NCBI RefSeq assembly: GCF_000372725.1
Contig: NW_005201183.1
Span: forward strand, 237,089 to 301,088
DNA length: 64,000 nucleotides
From: Emiliania huxleyi CCMP1516
Lineage: Eukaryota
Direction of reading: 5' to 3'
The notes beneath the pieces are model-generated. The model was not told the origin of the DNA and made no database searches. It saw only the letters and a program-made list of their open reading frames with translations. Of the stretch, positions 1 to 11,546 are shown piece after piece. The first letter of the stretch is position 1; every line of letters starts with the position of its first letter. The translations under genes and the position numbers were made by a program.

Positions 1-321
1 AGCCTAAGCCCCCTGCCTGGGCCTGAACGAAAACTGAATCACCTCGGCCGACCCTGCCGCTGTGGCCGACGATGTCGGATGCTCTCGAGCACTCTCCAGC
101 GCCGGGCGCGGTCCTGACACAGCCGGCCGTGCTTCACCGCCGCTGTTCAGCTCGGCGGCAGAAATGGCAGCGGATACGAGCTCTTTACGGACTGTCGAGC
201 TGCGGTCGGAGAACTCGTGAGCTCCCACACATCGCAACTCTTGCCGATGCATTCTGGAACAATCACATAACGCCTGGCATCACCACAGCCCACTTGCGAC
301 ATTTGTGGCCCAAGCCGGTCC

Positions 322-855
322 GCAGTATCCCAGTATCCCAGTATCCGGTATCCACATTAGCCGGGAATGCTCTAGGGAGGGGTGCAGCTGCATGGTGACA
401 ACTACCAGTGAGAAGGATGGGGATGCAGCTGGCTGCTGGACCATGGCTTACGCACGGGCACACTTCCATGCATTGCCAGTATCCAGTAGTATCCAGCAGT
501 ATCCCGCAGTATCCTGCAGTATCCCAGTATCCGATGCGCCGGCTCCGAGTATTTCGGTGAAAATACTGCGCGATACTGCCAGGGCCACACTACTTCAGTA
601 ACACAATATCTGCATGCCCCAGGCCCAGTATTGCAGTATCACCCTCGCGGCAGAGAGGTATTTGCGCCACCGATACTTGGCCCTCGCTTGTGGGATATTG
701 GGATACTTGGCCAAGGGCCGTGTGCAGGTAGCATGCAGTATTGCAATAAAAATACTTGCTTTGCGTGTCTGAAATACTGGAATACTGCGCCACAGCACCT
801 CGGATACTGGGATACTGGAAATACTGTGAAATACTCGAACTCTCCTTGCGTACTG
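322..855. repeat. Cluster of CAGTAT(C)/(G)ATACTG motifs in both orientations; probable degenerate foldback or MITE remnant
   Basis: Many cagtatcc copies at 322-350, 477-531 and 595-640, and inverse gatactg copies at 562-578 and 770-835. No clean terminal repeat or TSD found. Confidence 0.5.
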
Positions 856-902
856 AAACCCGGGCCTCGGTACATACGGCCTCGGTACATACGGGTGCAC
901 AT

Positions 903-2273
903 ATGGCCGCGGAGCCGTGGGCTGGCGCCCACGCCTCCGCCGCCGCCGCGAGCTCGGTCGCGCTAGAGGCCGCCGAGCTGACCGCTCTCGCAGAGGCCGA
1001 CTCAACGCTCCTCGACGGCCTGCGTGAGGACCGGTGCGAGTCCGCTGCACGGCTCCTACTGCAGGCTGACTTCATGCTCTGCGCCACCGGGGCGGGCATG
1101 TCTGTTGGCTGCGGCATGAGCACGTACCGCACCTACAGCTCGACAGGTGAGGAATCCGCGGCGCGAGTCGGAGGCAGCAGCGGCGACGATGGCGACAGCG
1201 ACTACGCTGGTCCTCTGTATGAGGCGCTGGCTTCGGCCGAGACGCTGCGCCTCGACCCAGCCTCCTTTCACGCCTTCATGTGCTCCTTTTTCAACGACGC
1301 GCAAGAGGCGCGCCGCACCGCCGGCTACCGCACGCTGCGGGCGTGGCAGGACTGCCTCTTCTCGAGCGGGCACGCCTTCACCTTCACCTCGAACGTGGAC
1401 GGGATGCACCTCCGCGAGGGCTTCGCCTGGGTCTTCGAGTGCCACGGGTCGAAGATGCGGTGGCAGTGCAGCAAGCCGTGCCGCGACGAGGTGTGGGATC
1501 TGTTGCTGTACCCGTCCTTCCGTTTCCCTTCTGCGCGGCCCGCAAAGCGTCGGCGGCTGCAAGAGCAGGACGAGGCGCCCTCTGCGGAAGACAGCGGCGC
1601 GGCGGCGGAGGGCGCGGCGGCGGAGGGCGCGGTGGCGGAGGACGCGGCGGCGGAGGGCGCGGTGGCGGAGGGCGCGGCGGCGGAGGGCGCGGCGGCGGAG
1701 GGCGCGGCGGCGGAGGGCGCGGCGGCGGAGGGCGCGGCGGCGGAGGGCGCGGCGGCGGAGGGCGCGGCGGCGGAGGGCGGCGGGCTGACGGAGGCCGTGG
1801 GCGAGAACAGCCCCACCTCGGCGGCTGCCTCCGCCGCCCGCTTTGTCGGCCAGTTCGACGTTGGCGACGCCACTCCTCCCGCGCCCTCCTGCCCGCACTG
1901 CAGCTCCGCCGCCAGGCCGGCGGTCCTCCTCTTTGGCGAAGATTACGCCTCGCGGCACGAGGCCGGCGGGCAGGCGGAGGAGTGGGCGGCGTGGAAGCAG
2001 TGGGTCCTGGACGCCCTGGCGGCGGACCGCAGCAAGCGCCTCGTCGTCATCGAGATTGGGGCCGGCACCGCCGTGCCTTCCGTTCGCGACGCGGGCGAGT
2101 CGCTCCTTCGGAGGGCTGGGAGTCGGCAGTGCACTCTAGTCCGGATCAACCCGACGCCGATGCTCGGCGACAACACCACCGATGGCGTGCTGAGCATCAA
2201 GTGGGGCGCAGAGGCCGCGATCGCGCACATCAACGAGTGCGTGCGCAAGCTCGCGCGAGAGAGCGTTGATTAG
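903..2273 (+). CDS. Sir2/sirtuin-family NAD-dependent deacylase (bacterial-like subgroup), intronless
   Basis: Motifs TGAGMS, FTSNVDG, ECHGS, Zn ligands CSKPC...CPHC, RPAVLLFG, VIEIGAGTAVPSVR, LVRINP. First plausible ATG at 903. Confidence 0.9.
   Translation: MAAEPWAGAHASAAAASSVALEAAELTALAEADSTLLDGLREDRCESAARLLLQADFMLCATGAGMSVGCGMSTYRTYSSTGEESAARVGGSSGDDGDSDYAGPLYEALASAETLRLDPASFHAFMCSFFNDAQEARRTAGYRTLRAWQDCLFSSGHAFTFTSNVDGMHLREGFAWVFECHGSKMRWQCSKPCRDEVWDLLLYPSFRFPSARPAKRRRLQEQDEAPSAEDSGAAAEGAAAEGAVAEDAAAEGAVAEGAAAEGAAAEGAAAEGAAAEGAAAEGAAAEGAAAEGGGLTEAVGENSPTSAAASAARFVGQFDVGDATPPAPSCPHCSSAARPAVLLFGEDYASRHEAGGQAEEWAAWKQWVLDALAADRSKRLVVIEIGAGTAVPSVRDAGESLLRRAGSRQCTLVRINPTPMLGDNTTDGVLSIKWGAEAAIAHINECVRKLARESVD
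1596..1779 (+). repeat. 15-bp coding minisatellite (AAAEG)n inside the sirtuin
   Basis: About 12 tandem copies of ggcgcggcggcggag, with minor variants. Confidence 0.95.
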
Positions 2274-2404
2274 CGCACGTGTTCATCGGTCAGGTTTTTC
2301 TCTCTCTTTTGGGCCCCCATGTGCCCCACCCGACTTTGTGTGACTGTGTGTGTGTGGAGAAATTTCGCATATCAGGGGAGCGCCAAGCACCGAGTCGTCA
2401 CATT

Positions 2405-2452
<48 letters not shown>

Positions 2453-2454
2453 GG

Positions 2455-2500
<46 letters not shown>
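2405..2500. repeat. (GA)n microsatellite
   Basis: Directly visible. Confidence 0.95.
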
Positions 2501-2502
<2 letters not shown>

Positions 2503-2505
2503 TCA

Positions 2506-3802
2506 TTAGCGAGAGTACCAGCAGAGCAGGTCTGTCCACGCGGACGTATTGTACGGCGGCAGCGACTCGAGCAGGTTATCCATCTGCTCAAACGAGAGGC
2601 TGCGCGCCGCGAGCACACCCTGCGGCGTCGGCCGCGGCCCATACCGTTTGCGCTTCCTGTCGACGAGCGAGAAGAACCGCAGGTAGGTGCACACAAAGCC
2701 GGCGCTCGCCACATGGCGCATGAGCTGCAGCGGGCTGGCGCCCGCGAGGTTCAGCAGTTCGTGCGACATCTCGATGAGGACGAGCCGCACCCGGCCGCTC
2801 TGCATCAGCGACGCCGCGCCGCGCAGCACACCCAGGTCGAAGCCCTGCGTGTCCGTCTTGAGGAGCAGCACCGAAGCGTTGGGCAGCTCCTCGTCCAGCG
2901 TGGCCACACTCACCGACACCGACGCGGACGCGGCGTCGGCGGCGCTGGTGCTGCCGACCATCACCTGCCCAAACGAGGCGTTGCGGCCGTTGCTCTTCAT
3001 GCCGAACGTCGTGCGTCCGGCCTTGGCTCCAATCGCAACACAGCGCACCGTCACCTTGCCTTGACGCCGACCAGAGAAGCTCGCTGCGTCTCCTCCGTCT
3101 ATACGCCGCCTGTGCCCGGCCTCGTGCTCGGCCACCGAAACCTGCAGCTGGCGGCACGTGCTCGGCGACGCCTCGTAGCAGAGGCCATCGTGCCCCGCAT
3201 CGGCGATCGCCAAGGCAAACTGGCCGACGTTGGCACCCACGTCGACAATCAGCTGCGCCCCGGCGCCGCGCGGGACCGCCGGAAGTAGTTTGTGAGTGAA
3301 GAACTCCTCGGGGGTGGCCGTGTGGAGCTCGGGGAAGCCCAGTAATTCGGGAGACGAGGTGGCCCCACGCCAGCCTCGGACCCGCGGTCGCTTGCAGTAG
3401 CTGCGCATACGGAATCTGCTGCGGCTGCGCCAGAATTGCGGCGCCAACCCTTGCATGCGCTTCCAGCCGTGCGTTGCTGAAGGGTTCGGATGCAAACGGC
3501 ATCGCGCACACATTGCAGGTGTAGCTGCACTGAGCACGGAGCCTGCTGTTGCGCGAGCACTCTGTCTGGTGTCTCTTGCACTTCCTGTGGTACCATCTGT
3601 CGGTGCAAGGCGGCGGTGGCGGCGGTGAGGCAGGTACCCAATGCAGGTCGCGGCCTGCCGGCCGCCTCCTGAAAGTGGGCCGACTGAACGTCAGCGAGAG
3701 GAGTGAGAGCGCGCACAAAGCTGCAGCCGCTGCGAGGCGACCTGCCTGCCGAATGGTGCGTTCGGTGGTGTACGTACTCTCTCTCGCTCGATCGCCGTGC
3801 AA
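2506..3802 (-). CDS. FkbM-family (Methyltransf_21-like) methyltransferase with N-terminal hydrophobic segment and ShK-like domain; frame change near 3340-3400, start unresolved (possible pseudogene)
   Basis: Frame 2506..3537: IVDVGANVGQF, YEASP, TLDEEL, LLKTDTQGFDLGVLRGA, LIEM. Frame 2588..3802: hydrophobic AAAAALCALSLLSL, Pro linker, CTDRWYHRKCKRHQTECSRNSRLRAQCSYTCNVC. Confidence 0.8.
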
Positions 3803-5356
3803 AGCTCGCTTCCGGCTCTCACGGCGCGCATCCCAGGGCTACTTAGGTTCTTCGGGCCCCTTTAGGGGGGCAAACCCTGCCCGGCCCCTAGGACCCCAGG
3901 TAAGGCCCAGGTGTGGCCTAGGGCATCAGAAGGGACCAAGAGGAGTCCAGTCTGAGCCATACAGCCCATGTCTTTGCCCCCGAAGGTCGCGTTCAAATGC
4001 CCGGAACGGACGTTACAGTGGTGTCCGGCCGCGGTTACTGGACCGTCACGTGTTCAACGACGTTGAACAGTGTTCAACCACGGCGCTGTTCACAGCGCGC
4101 GCGGACGGCCGTTCTGCGAGTCCAGCTCCGCTGGACTTTTGTAAAGCATGCTTGTGGCAAGTTATAGACGCTAGTATCGACCTCAGAGACCCAAACCCGA
4201 ATTAATAATTAAGGCTCAAAGTATGGTTGAACAACCGTTGAACAAACAGGTTGAACAACGATATCCGACTAGTGCGACCGCTAGACGGCGGTCTCCGCCG
4301 GCCCCAAGGCTGCCCAGCCCCAGTACCACACCGGCCACGTAGACCGTAGCGCTGGAGTTGGTCAGTGAGGCACTAGACGGGCTACGGAACCATGCGCGCG
4401 CCGGCCGGATAGGCTGCGCGCAGGGGCCGCGCCGCCTCGATTTCGCATCTCCGCTCCGCGGCCGACTGAGGGGCCAGCTCGCCCGGCGACAAGCCCAGCC
4501 ATCGTCCAGCGCCCCGTATCGACGGAGGGCACGCAAAAAACCCGCACCTACGACTAGGGTGAGCCCGTGAGGGCGTCGGTGTCGGCCGCGGGCGGCTGCG
4601 AGGAGGGCGCGGGTGGGAGCATGGGAGATGCACCACCGCTCGACGAAGACGCGCCCGACGAAGCCCTGCTTGCGGAGGATGGTCGATCCTCACCTACTAG
4701 CGTCGGGCGTGTGCGAAAAAGAGCGCAAATCGGAGCTCAACTCGCGCGCGGCTGGGAAAGGGGTGTGGCACCCCTCCGAAGGCGCCTCGCGAGGAGCTGC
4801 TGCTGCCTCCAAACGCGCTCGGGCAGCACGTCGGCGCGCCTGCGGGGTTGGGGAGGTGAAACTATGCTTGCTGGCACGCGCATCCCGCACCACCCCCACG
4901 TCCGCGCGCACCATGCCGCCATCCCACCTCACAGCCAAGCGCCATCGCCGTCGGACGCGGCGACGCCGAGCGGTGGCCTCGCAGACGACGAGCGCGATGA
5001 GGCCGCCGCGCCGCCGGGGTGGCCGGCGCGTGCCAGCCGCTGGCCCGTCCAGCGTGGCGGGACCGGCTCGCCCATCCTGGCCCGCGCGCTTGCCGACGCG
5101 AGAAGATCGCGCGGGAGGGCAAAATGTGGCAAAATCGCCCTGTTTGCCAACCCTTCACGGCGACTTCACGTCGGAACGAGTCGGATCGACGACTCCCCGC
5201 CTGCACCAGCGTGTGCGCCTTGCAATTCTATACAGAATCGATACTTGGTACGTCTTCTCAATCGCTCGTGGAGAGGAGCTACGGCCATTCCCAAGTAGTG
5301 TTCAACGACGTTGAACAATGTTCAACGTCGTTGAACACGGTCCAGTAACCGGCCGG

Positions 5357-5660
5357 CGCGATCACCGAGNNNNNNNNNNNNNNNNNNNNNNNNNNNNNNN
5401 NNNNNNNNNNNNNNNNNNNNNNNNNNNNNNNNNNNNNNNNNNNNNNNNNNNNNNNNNNNNNNNNNNNNNNNNNNNNNNNNNNNNNNNNNNNNNNNNNNNN
5501 NNNNNNNNNTTTTGGTCATCCGTCAGAATATCTGAAGATCCTACTATAGGATTCTCCCCAAACCTTGCTCAGCTGATCCAGCCTGGGGGGAAGGCCAGCC
5601 CTGGGCAAAGAAACCAGCACCTCATCGGGCTTCCCTGAGCGTCACAGCTCGGTGATCGCG
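5357..5660. mobile_element. Small nested TIR insertion in the right arm of the preceding element (spans an N-gap)
   Basis: Ends CGCGATCACCGAG...CTCGGTGATCGCG, flanked on both sides by CCGGCCGG (5349-5356, 5661-5668). The left arm has only one such site. Confidence 0.6.
5370..5509. other. Assembly gap
   Basis: Run of N. Confidence 1.
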
Positions 5661-7005
5661 CCGGCCGGACGGACCACTGTAACGTCCGTTCCGGGCATTT
5701 GAACGCGACCTTCGGGGGCAAAGACATGGGCGCTCTATGGCTCAGACTGGACTCCCGTCTTGGTCCCTTCTGATGCCCTAGGCCACACCTGGGCCTTACC
5801 TGGGGTCCTAGGGGCCGGGCAGGGTTTGCCCCCCCCAACTGGCCCGAAGAACCTTAAGCTCTCCGCGTACGTACTTTTAGCTTACTGGGAGAAAACAGAG
5901 GGGGTTCTCTCTCTCTCCGCGTACCCCTAATTGACGCTATTCTGACTGGGTTGTAACAAAGTTTGAACCACACGCGCGGCGCGAGGCCTTGCGCCCCATG
6001 CGGTACGGGGCCGTGAAACCCATCGCCTGGGGGTGCTAGGACACCGAGAGACATGATCCAGAAGTGCCAGGCACACCCACAGTGGTCAACACGAGAACGC
6101 CGAAATCGTGACCTCGGAACGCGGTCACGGCAAATCTGACTAATCTGTAACAACCGTTAATACGGATGGCTCACGCTGGCGCATGGCCTCGCCGCTGCTA
6201 CCCTCCCGACCTCAGGTGAGCAGACAAGATCCCCTGAGCTGCCGGCGCTCTCTGATCGCCCGGATCGCAACTGCCGTGGCAAAACTGCGAGCTCCCGAGG
6301 ACGTCTGGCGCCGAGTGCGTCTGGCACCGGGCACGGAAGCTCGCACTCGGCCGCACGCGATAGTGCTGCCGCGAGAGCGCCTGCCAGGTACGACATGTCT
6401 CGTGTAGACTCCTCCTGGGTCATGGTCGGTCATATGCAGGACGGCCAGAGTCGCCCACATCGCCTACGCGGTCCCGAGTGTGGTCAGGCTGATACACCGC
6501 GACTCAACGGTTGAGTGCGGCCAGCGCACACAAAAGTCGTCGACTGCGGCCTGGCGCGGTGATCATAGGTGCTGGAGACCAGGCAGTATGAGCCTGTAAC
6601 TGGGCACGCATGAACTCGGTACCTACATTCGCAGAGGCCCGGCAAGGATGGGATCTAGTAGAGTGATTGCGCACTGAGACCGTGCTCCGTGGGTCGCTGG
6701 AATGACCTGAAAGGCATCCTCAGTGCCGCTGCTCGACTCTCCAGTGTCACAGCCGATGCCTGTGACCTGGTCACCGCCGCACGCAGGTTGAGATCCGCGC
6801 CTCCTCGGGTGTGCCCTCATAGACAGCCTTCGGCGGCGCGTAGCGACGCGAGAGCCGCTCCTACACAGGCGTGTACGGTGAACCACCGACGGATAGAGCA
6901 CAGATCTATGGTCACGCCAGCAGCCTCTGAGGTCGAGACGAGGCTGCCGGCGTCGCCGCTGCAGCTCTGGGCATCACCTGCACAAGCCAAGCAGACTTTG
7001 TTACA

Positions 7006-7208
7006 AAAGCGGAGGCGTGTCGACGCGCCGCGCGCTCACATACTTGGGCTCCCATCTCGGCGCGCGCGAGTCAAGGCCGAACCGACTAGCTGCCGCCGCG
7101 GCAAGTGTGGCTGGGCTGCAGGCAGGCCTGTGGCCGGCGCTCGGCAAGCTGTGGCGCGGCGCCGGCGCAGCGCTTGTTACAAATTCGGCGTCGCAGTCAG
7201 ATTTCTTT
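7006..7208 (+). repeat. 203-bp direct repeat, copy 1
   Basis: Appears identical to 9185-9387 (aaagcggaggcgtg...cagatttcttt). Confidence 0.95.
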
Positions 7209-7342
7209 ACAACTCAAGTCTTCTGGAGAGCATTTTTCCAAAAGCCCCAAGGGGGTGGAGTTCGCCGTCGAAGGGACACGTCCAGCGATCGCCGCCACGA
7301 TCCCCTCACCGATTCGAGGCACGTGCTGGCTCTGTGCTGGCG

Positions 7343-8161
7343 ATGCACAGGTTGCTCCTCTACGCTCTCGGTGCCATGAACGGCGGTCCCTTCTCGTCCG
7401 ACCCAGTGGTGCAAGAGGACTACATTTCCCCTCTTCCCGATGCTCTGCGTCGCAGCCTCATGGCCGTCCACGCATCCGGCCGATCGAAGCACAGCGCCGT
7501 CCCGTGGCGTCCGGAGATGGATGCCTTCGTGCTGCTGCGCCACGTTCGAGACGGCATCTCGTTGCCAAAGGTGGCAGAGCAGTGGCCGTTTGAATCCGCC
7601 ACCAAACGAAGCAAAGATGCAATCAAGTGGCGATGGAAAAAGGTTCTCAAAAGACTCGACGCTCTCGACGACCTCCGACTGATCTGTGGATCCTGCGACG
7701 AGCGCGACGAGGCGGAGACGCAGCTGAACAGCACCGAGATCAGCCTGCAACCGTGGGTCGAGGACGCTCTCGTGAAGCTGCACGCGCGAAAAAACGTGTC
7801 GATGAGCTCAAACTACACTCCGTGGACGATCGAGGAGGACCGCCTTCTGCTTCACACGTACCAGAGCGGCGCAAAGATCAACGAGATACGCGTTGGTGTC
7901 CGCAGCTACAAATCAATCAAGCACCAGCTACGCCGACTTCAGAACGTCACACCACTGGTACGCGACGCGCACCACAAGAGCCGTTGCGACCCGGAGGCGC
8001 CGTTTCAGTACCTGCAGCACGACATCTGGACGCCGATCGACTCGACCCTCGCTCTACCGCCGTGCGCGCAGATCGACTGGATTCGCGGCGTCGCAAAGGT
8101 GCCTCCCTTACCCTGTTCGCCTGCACGCGCGCGTGATCATTCGGCTATCTCCAACGACTAG
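7343..8161 (+). CDS. Protein with two Myb/SANT-like repeats, intronless
   Basis: VPWRPEMDAFVL...RSKDAIKWRWKKVLK and TPWTIEEDRLLL...RSYKSIKHQLRRL. ATG at 7343. Confidence 0.7.
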   Translation: MHRLLLYALGAMNGGPFSSDPVVQEDYISPLPDALRRSLMAVHASGRSKHSAVPWRPEMDAFVLLRHVRDGISLPKVAEQWPFESATKRSKDAIKWRWKKVLKRLDALDDLRLICGSCDERDEAETQLNSTEISLQPWVEDALVKLHARKNVSMSSNYTPWTIEEDRLLLHTYQSGAKINEIRVGVRSYKSIKHQLRRLQNVTPLVRDAHHKSRCDPEAPFQYLQHDIWTPIDSTLALPPCAQIDWIRGVAKVPPLPCSPARARDHSAISND

Positions 8162-9184
8162 TGATCCATACCTCCGAAACCCGCATCTCCTCTGTCATTC
8201 ATCACCAATGATAATCATATCGGACCCCACCGTGCCCGAGATTTCTTCAACATACGTCACTGACCTCGCGACCGACGGCAGCGCCGAGCTAGACTCAGAC
8301 GGCCTCCCAACACCCTCCTCCGCTACTGACACTATCTCTCTCCTCGCCATCCCGCCCCACCTCACTCAAACGCCGCGCCGCGCTGACAGGCCTGAGACTA
8401 CACGCCTACACACCACGCGCACACGTATCGCAGTCCCGTTATCAGCACTAAATCACTGTCGCTATCTTAGGAACGTAGCGGCAACCCACACCTCCACTTC
8501 CGCCGATCTCTCTCGCGTACTTCCTCCATGCCTTCACCATCGCTCATCCCGACACTTCTCTCCACCTGCCACCCTCCCCACCGCCACCGCCCTTGCCGCC
8601 GCCCTCTTCGCCCCTTCCAACACCGACGTCACGATCTCCGCCATCCCAGAGATCTCCTCTTGCGAGCCCGCCACCATCGTCACCGCTGCCCTCGCCACAG
8701 ACGCCCTCGCCATTACCGTCGCACACCCACCCTCTTCGCCGCCGCCGTCATCGTCGTCTCACTCTCCGCCGCTCCTCTCAACACCGCCTATACCGCCTCC
8801 ACCATCGCCGCCGCTGACCACGCCGCCGCCGTCTTCGCTGACCACCGCCGTCGCCGCTCCCCCCCCTCCCTCACCGTCCCCACCCCCGCCGGCGCCACGT
8901 CGCCGTCGCTGCTGCCTCTCCGTCACTGCCCTCTAAAAGAATAAAAACTTTTTGGAAAAAGAAAGAGGAGCGCCGTCGGCGCCAGGTGTAGCACGCTACT
9001 AGACACACTGCCTCCAAGTTGAGCGGTGGAAAATTGTGACGAAACCACGCACCGAGGCGCCGGCGTCCCTAGGGGTCACCTAAGCTCGGCCGTTCATGAA
9101 GTCCGTCTCGATCCGGAGGAGACGGGTCAACCCCGTGAGGACCAGATCAGGTTCACATTGTCGTAGCCGGAGGGGATGTTCTTT

Positions 9185-9387
9185 AAAGCGGAGGCGTGTC
9201 GACGCGCCGCGCGCTCACATACTTGGGCTCCCATCTCGGCGCGCGCGAGTCAAGGCCGAACCGACTAGCTGCCGCCGCGGCAAGTGTGGCTGGGCTGCAG
9301 GCAGGCCTGTGGCCGGCGCTCGGCAAGCTGTGGCGCGGCGCCGGCGCAGCGCTTGTTACAAATTCGGCGTCGCAGTCAGATTTCTTT
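9185..9387 (+). repeat. 203-bp direct repeat, copy 2
   Basis: Appears identical to 7006-7208, offset 2179 bp. Confidence 0.95.
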
Positions 9388-10422
9388 GGCGAGTCAGAAT
9401 AAGCTGTGGTCGAGACTGAGGTGCCGAACTGAGAGCCACTACTGGAGGCTTCCTCCGGCCACCGCTCGACTACCCACGCACATGGCCGGTCCTGTGGCTT
9501 GCCTGGACTCGCTCAGAAGCCTCAATTCGCGCACACCTTTGCTCTCTGGCTCCCGCGAGTGCGTTCAGGCCACTCAAGCAGGCGACGCCGAGCACCCGCG
9601 ACGCATCTCGCTGGGGCGCCACCTATCGACCCGACTGATTGGCAGCATCAAAGCCGACCCCATGACGGTCCTTCAGCCCCACGAGGTAGGCAGTTGCGCC
9701 CTGATCTCGGTCCAAGACGGCCAACGCCGTGTCCGGCACCTGCTGGCTGCTTCACGGGGATGCCGCCCCCGGACACATGCTGCAGCCCCGAGTGGATGTA
9801 TTGGTCGTTTGTGGGTCCCCCAAGACTACTCTAGTAGGGGCCGGGCGCTTGAGCGTCGGCGGTACACCTGTGCAGATGTTGCACGGGTGAAATGGCTCCT
9901 CGTACAGGGTAGGAGGCAGGTGGTGGGTTTGAGTGTCGTGAGTGCTTGCAGCCGCGAGTGCAGCACCGTTTGTGACTCCCATGGATGCAGTTGGGTGGGG
10001 CACGGTGCTGGGGGGCGGTCCGGTGCGCCACAACAGCCTCCCTGGCTGACCCCCATCGGGTTCGGCACCTCCATCCTGACCGTGGAACCCCAACTTAAAC
10101 CGGTCATATCTCGGGCAGACTGGCACCTCAGGAGCTCATCCTGGGCGGTTTTGGGAAGTCTTGGGGGTGTACTTGAAGGTGGTGAAAAGAGTTTTGCACG
10201 AGATCTTAACCGGGGGGCAGCCTGAGCACCGTGAAAACAGCGGACCACAGCTTATAGCGTCAATTGCGGGTACGCTACGTCCATCTCTGAGAGTTTTCTA
10301 TTACCCAAAAGCTAGGCTACACAACGCCCTCTATGTTGGGTCAATCTCTGAGAGTTTGAGTGACTGGCTAGAGACGACGACGACGATACAGTTCATGTCC
10401 ACACTGGCTGTCCACTTGCATA

Positions 10423-11546
10423 ATGGCTGAGGCCCCGCTGCCTCCAGGCCTTGAGGGTGCGCAGGACTGGGCGCGCGACTACGCCGCCGCGAATCCGTCC
10501 GAGGCGTTTGAGCTCGTATTCGGCCGACCATCTCCCGAGACCCTTCCCGCGCTCGTCATCCCGCAGCTCCTCTCACCCGAGGAGGTGAAGCAGTGCTTCA
10601 GTGCTGGAAGCGAGGTCGGCAGCAGTATTGAGCCGTTCGCCACCAGCAGCTGGCTGTGCGCCGCACTTCGCGCCACGCCGCACGATATCGGCTACTCGGG
10701 AGAGCACGTGGCGCTGTACCTCCACAAGGGCGGCTACCTCCAGACCAAGCAGCCGGCGCTTTGCGACAAGCTGCTGCACTCAATGCGCAGACAGCCCGGC
10801 AACTGGGGCGACCCGGCCCTCGCCCTCCAGGTCCGCTGCATCGAGCTGCACACCTACGCCGTCGGCGGAGGCGCGTGCGCCACTGAACAACGTCTCCAAT
10901 CTCGGCTCATCTCGGCTCATCTCGGCTAGTCTCGCCGATAGGCCTGTTGGAGCCGGGCCACCGCGACAACGGCTCCAAGCTGTCGATGTCGGTCCTCCTC
11001 TCCGACGCAGCGACCACCGGCTTGGAGGGCGGCCAGATCGTCACGTGGTCAGGTGACGGATGTGTCTTTGGCTCAGACGCAGCTTGGACACACTCGAGGA
11101 CACACAGGCTTCCCATAGAGAAGCACTTGGCGGCGTTCTGCGACCCGAGCGAGGCGCTTCGCTCCCTGCACCACACCGCTCTCGCCTCGGCAGGCAAGAA
11201 CCCGGTCGCGCATCTGAATCCTCGCTCATCTCGGCTCATCTCGGACAGGCGGGGAGCCGGTCGTGCACGAGCTGAGGCGGGGCGATGCCTTGCTCTTCCA
11301 CTCGGGCAAGGCCGAGATCCGCCGAGATCCGCCGAGTTTTGCGGCACGGGCTGCGATCGGGTGCAAGACACTCGCCGCTCGTTCACACCGCAGGCGCACA
11401 ACGTGGCGACGGTGACGAGCGGCATGCGCCAATCCCTCGTGATCGAGCTGTGGGTCCGCAGTATGCGAGTAGCAAGCAGCGGAGAGATAGAGCCGAGCGG
11501 AGCCCCTGCAGCCCCCCACGCTCTCGACTTCGAGATCGCGCCGTGA
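10423..11546 (+). CDS. 2OG-Fe(II) oxygenase (prolyl-hydroxylase-like), spliced (about 3 introns)
   Basis: Spliced reading IELHTYAVGGG|LLEPGHRDNGSKLSMSVLLSD...EGG...LRRGDALLFHSGK|AHNVATVTSGMRQSLVIELW gives the HxD...H...RxS motif. Intron 10871-10941 is GC-AG. Confidence 0.85.

Larger units (their letters stand above)
3846..5853. mobile_element. Non-autonomous TIR DNA transposon with TTA target duplication (PIF/Harbinger-like)
   Basis: 3846-4030 is an inverted copy of about 5661-5853 (GGTTCTTCGGGCC...GGCCCGAAGAACC). TTA lies at 3843-3845 and 5854-5856. The inner arm continues at 4031-4080 versus 5297-5350 (TTGAACA arrays). Confidence 0.8.

Noticed and set aside
4567..5314. Internal ORFs as a transposase or BED finger
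   Set aside because: Only scattered W/C/H residues across different frames; no DDE motif.
3846..8161. Myb gene as ORF2 of the Harbinger-like element
   Set aside because: The Myb ORF lies about 1.5 kb outside the closed TIR/TSD boundary, and no transposase is seen.
7006..9387. Direct repeats as LTRs of a retrotransposon
   Set aside because: No TG..CA ends, PBS, PPT, retroelement domains or outer TSD.
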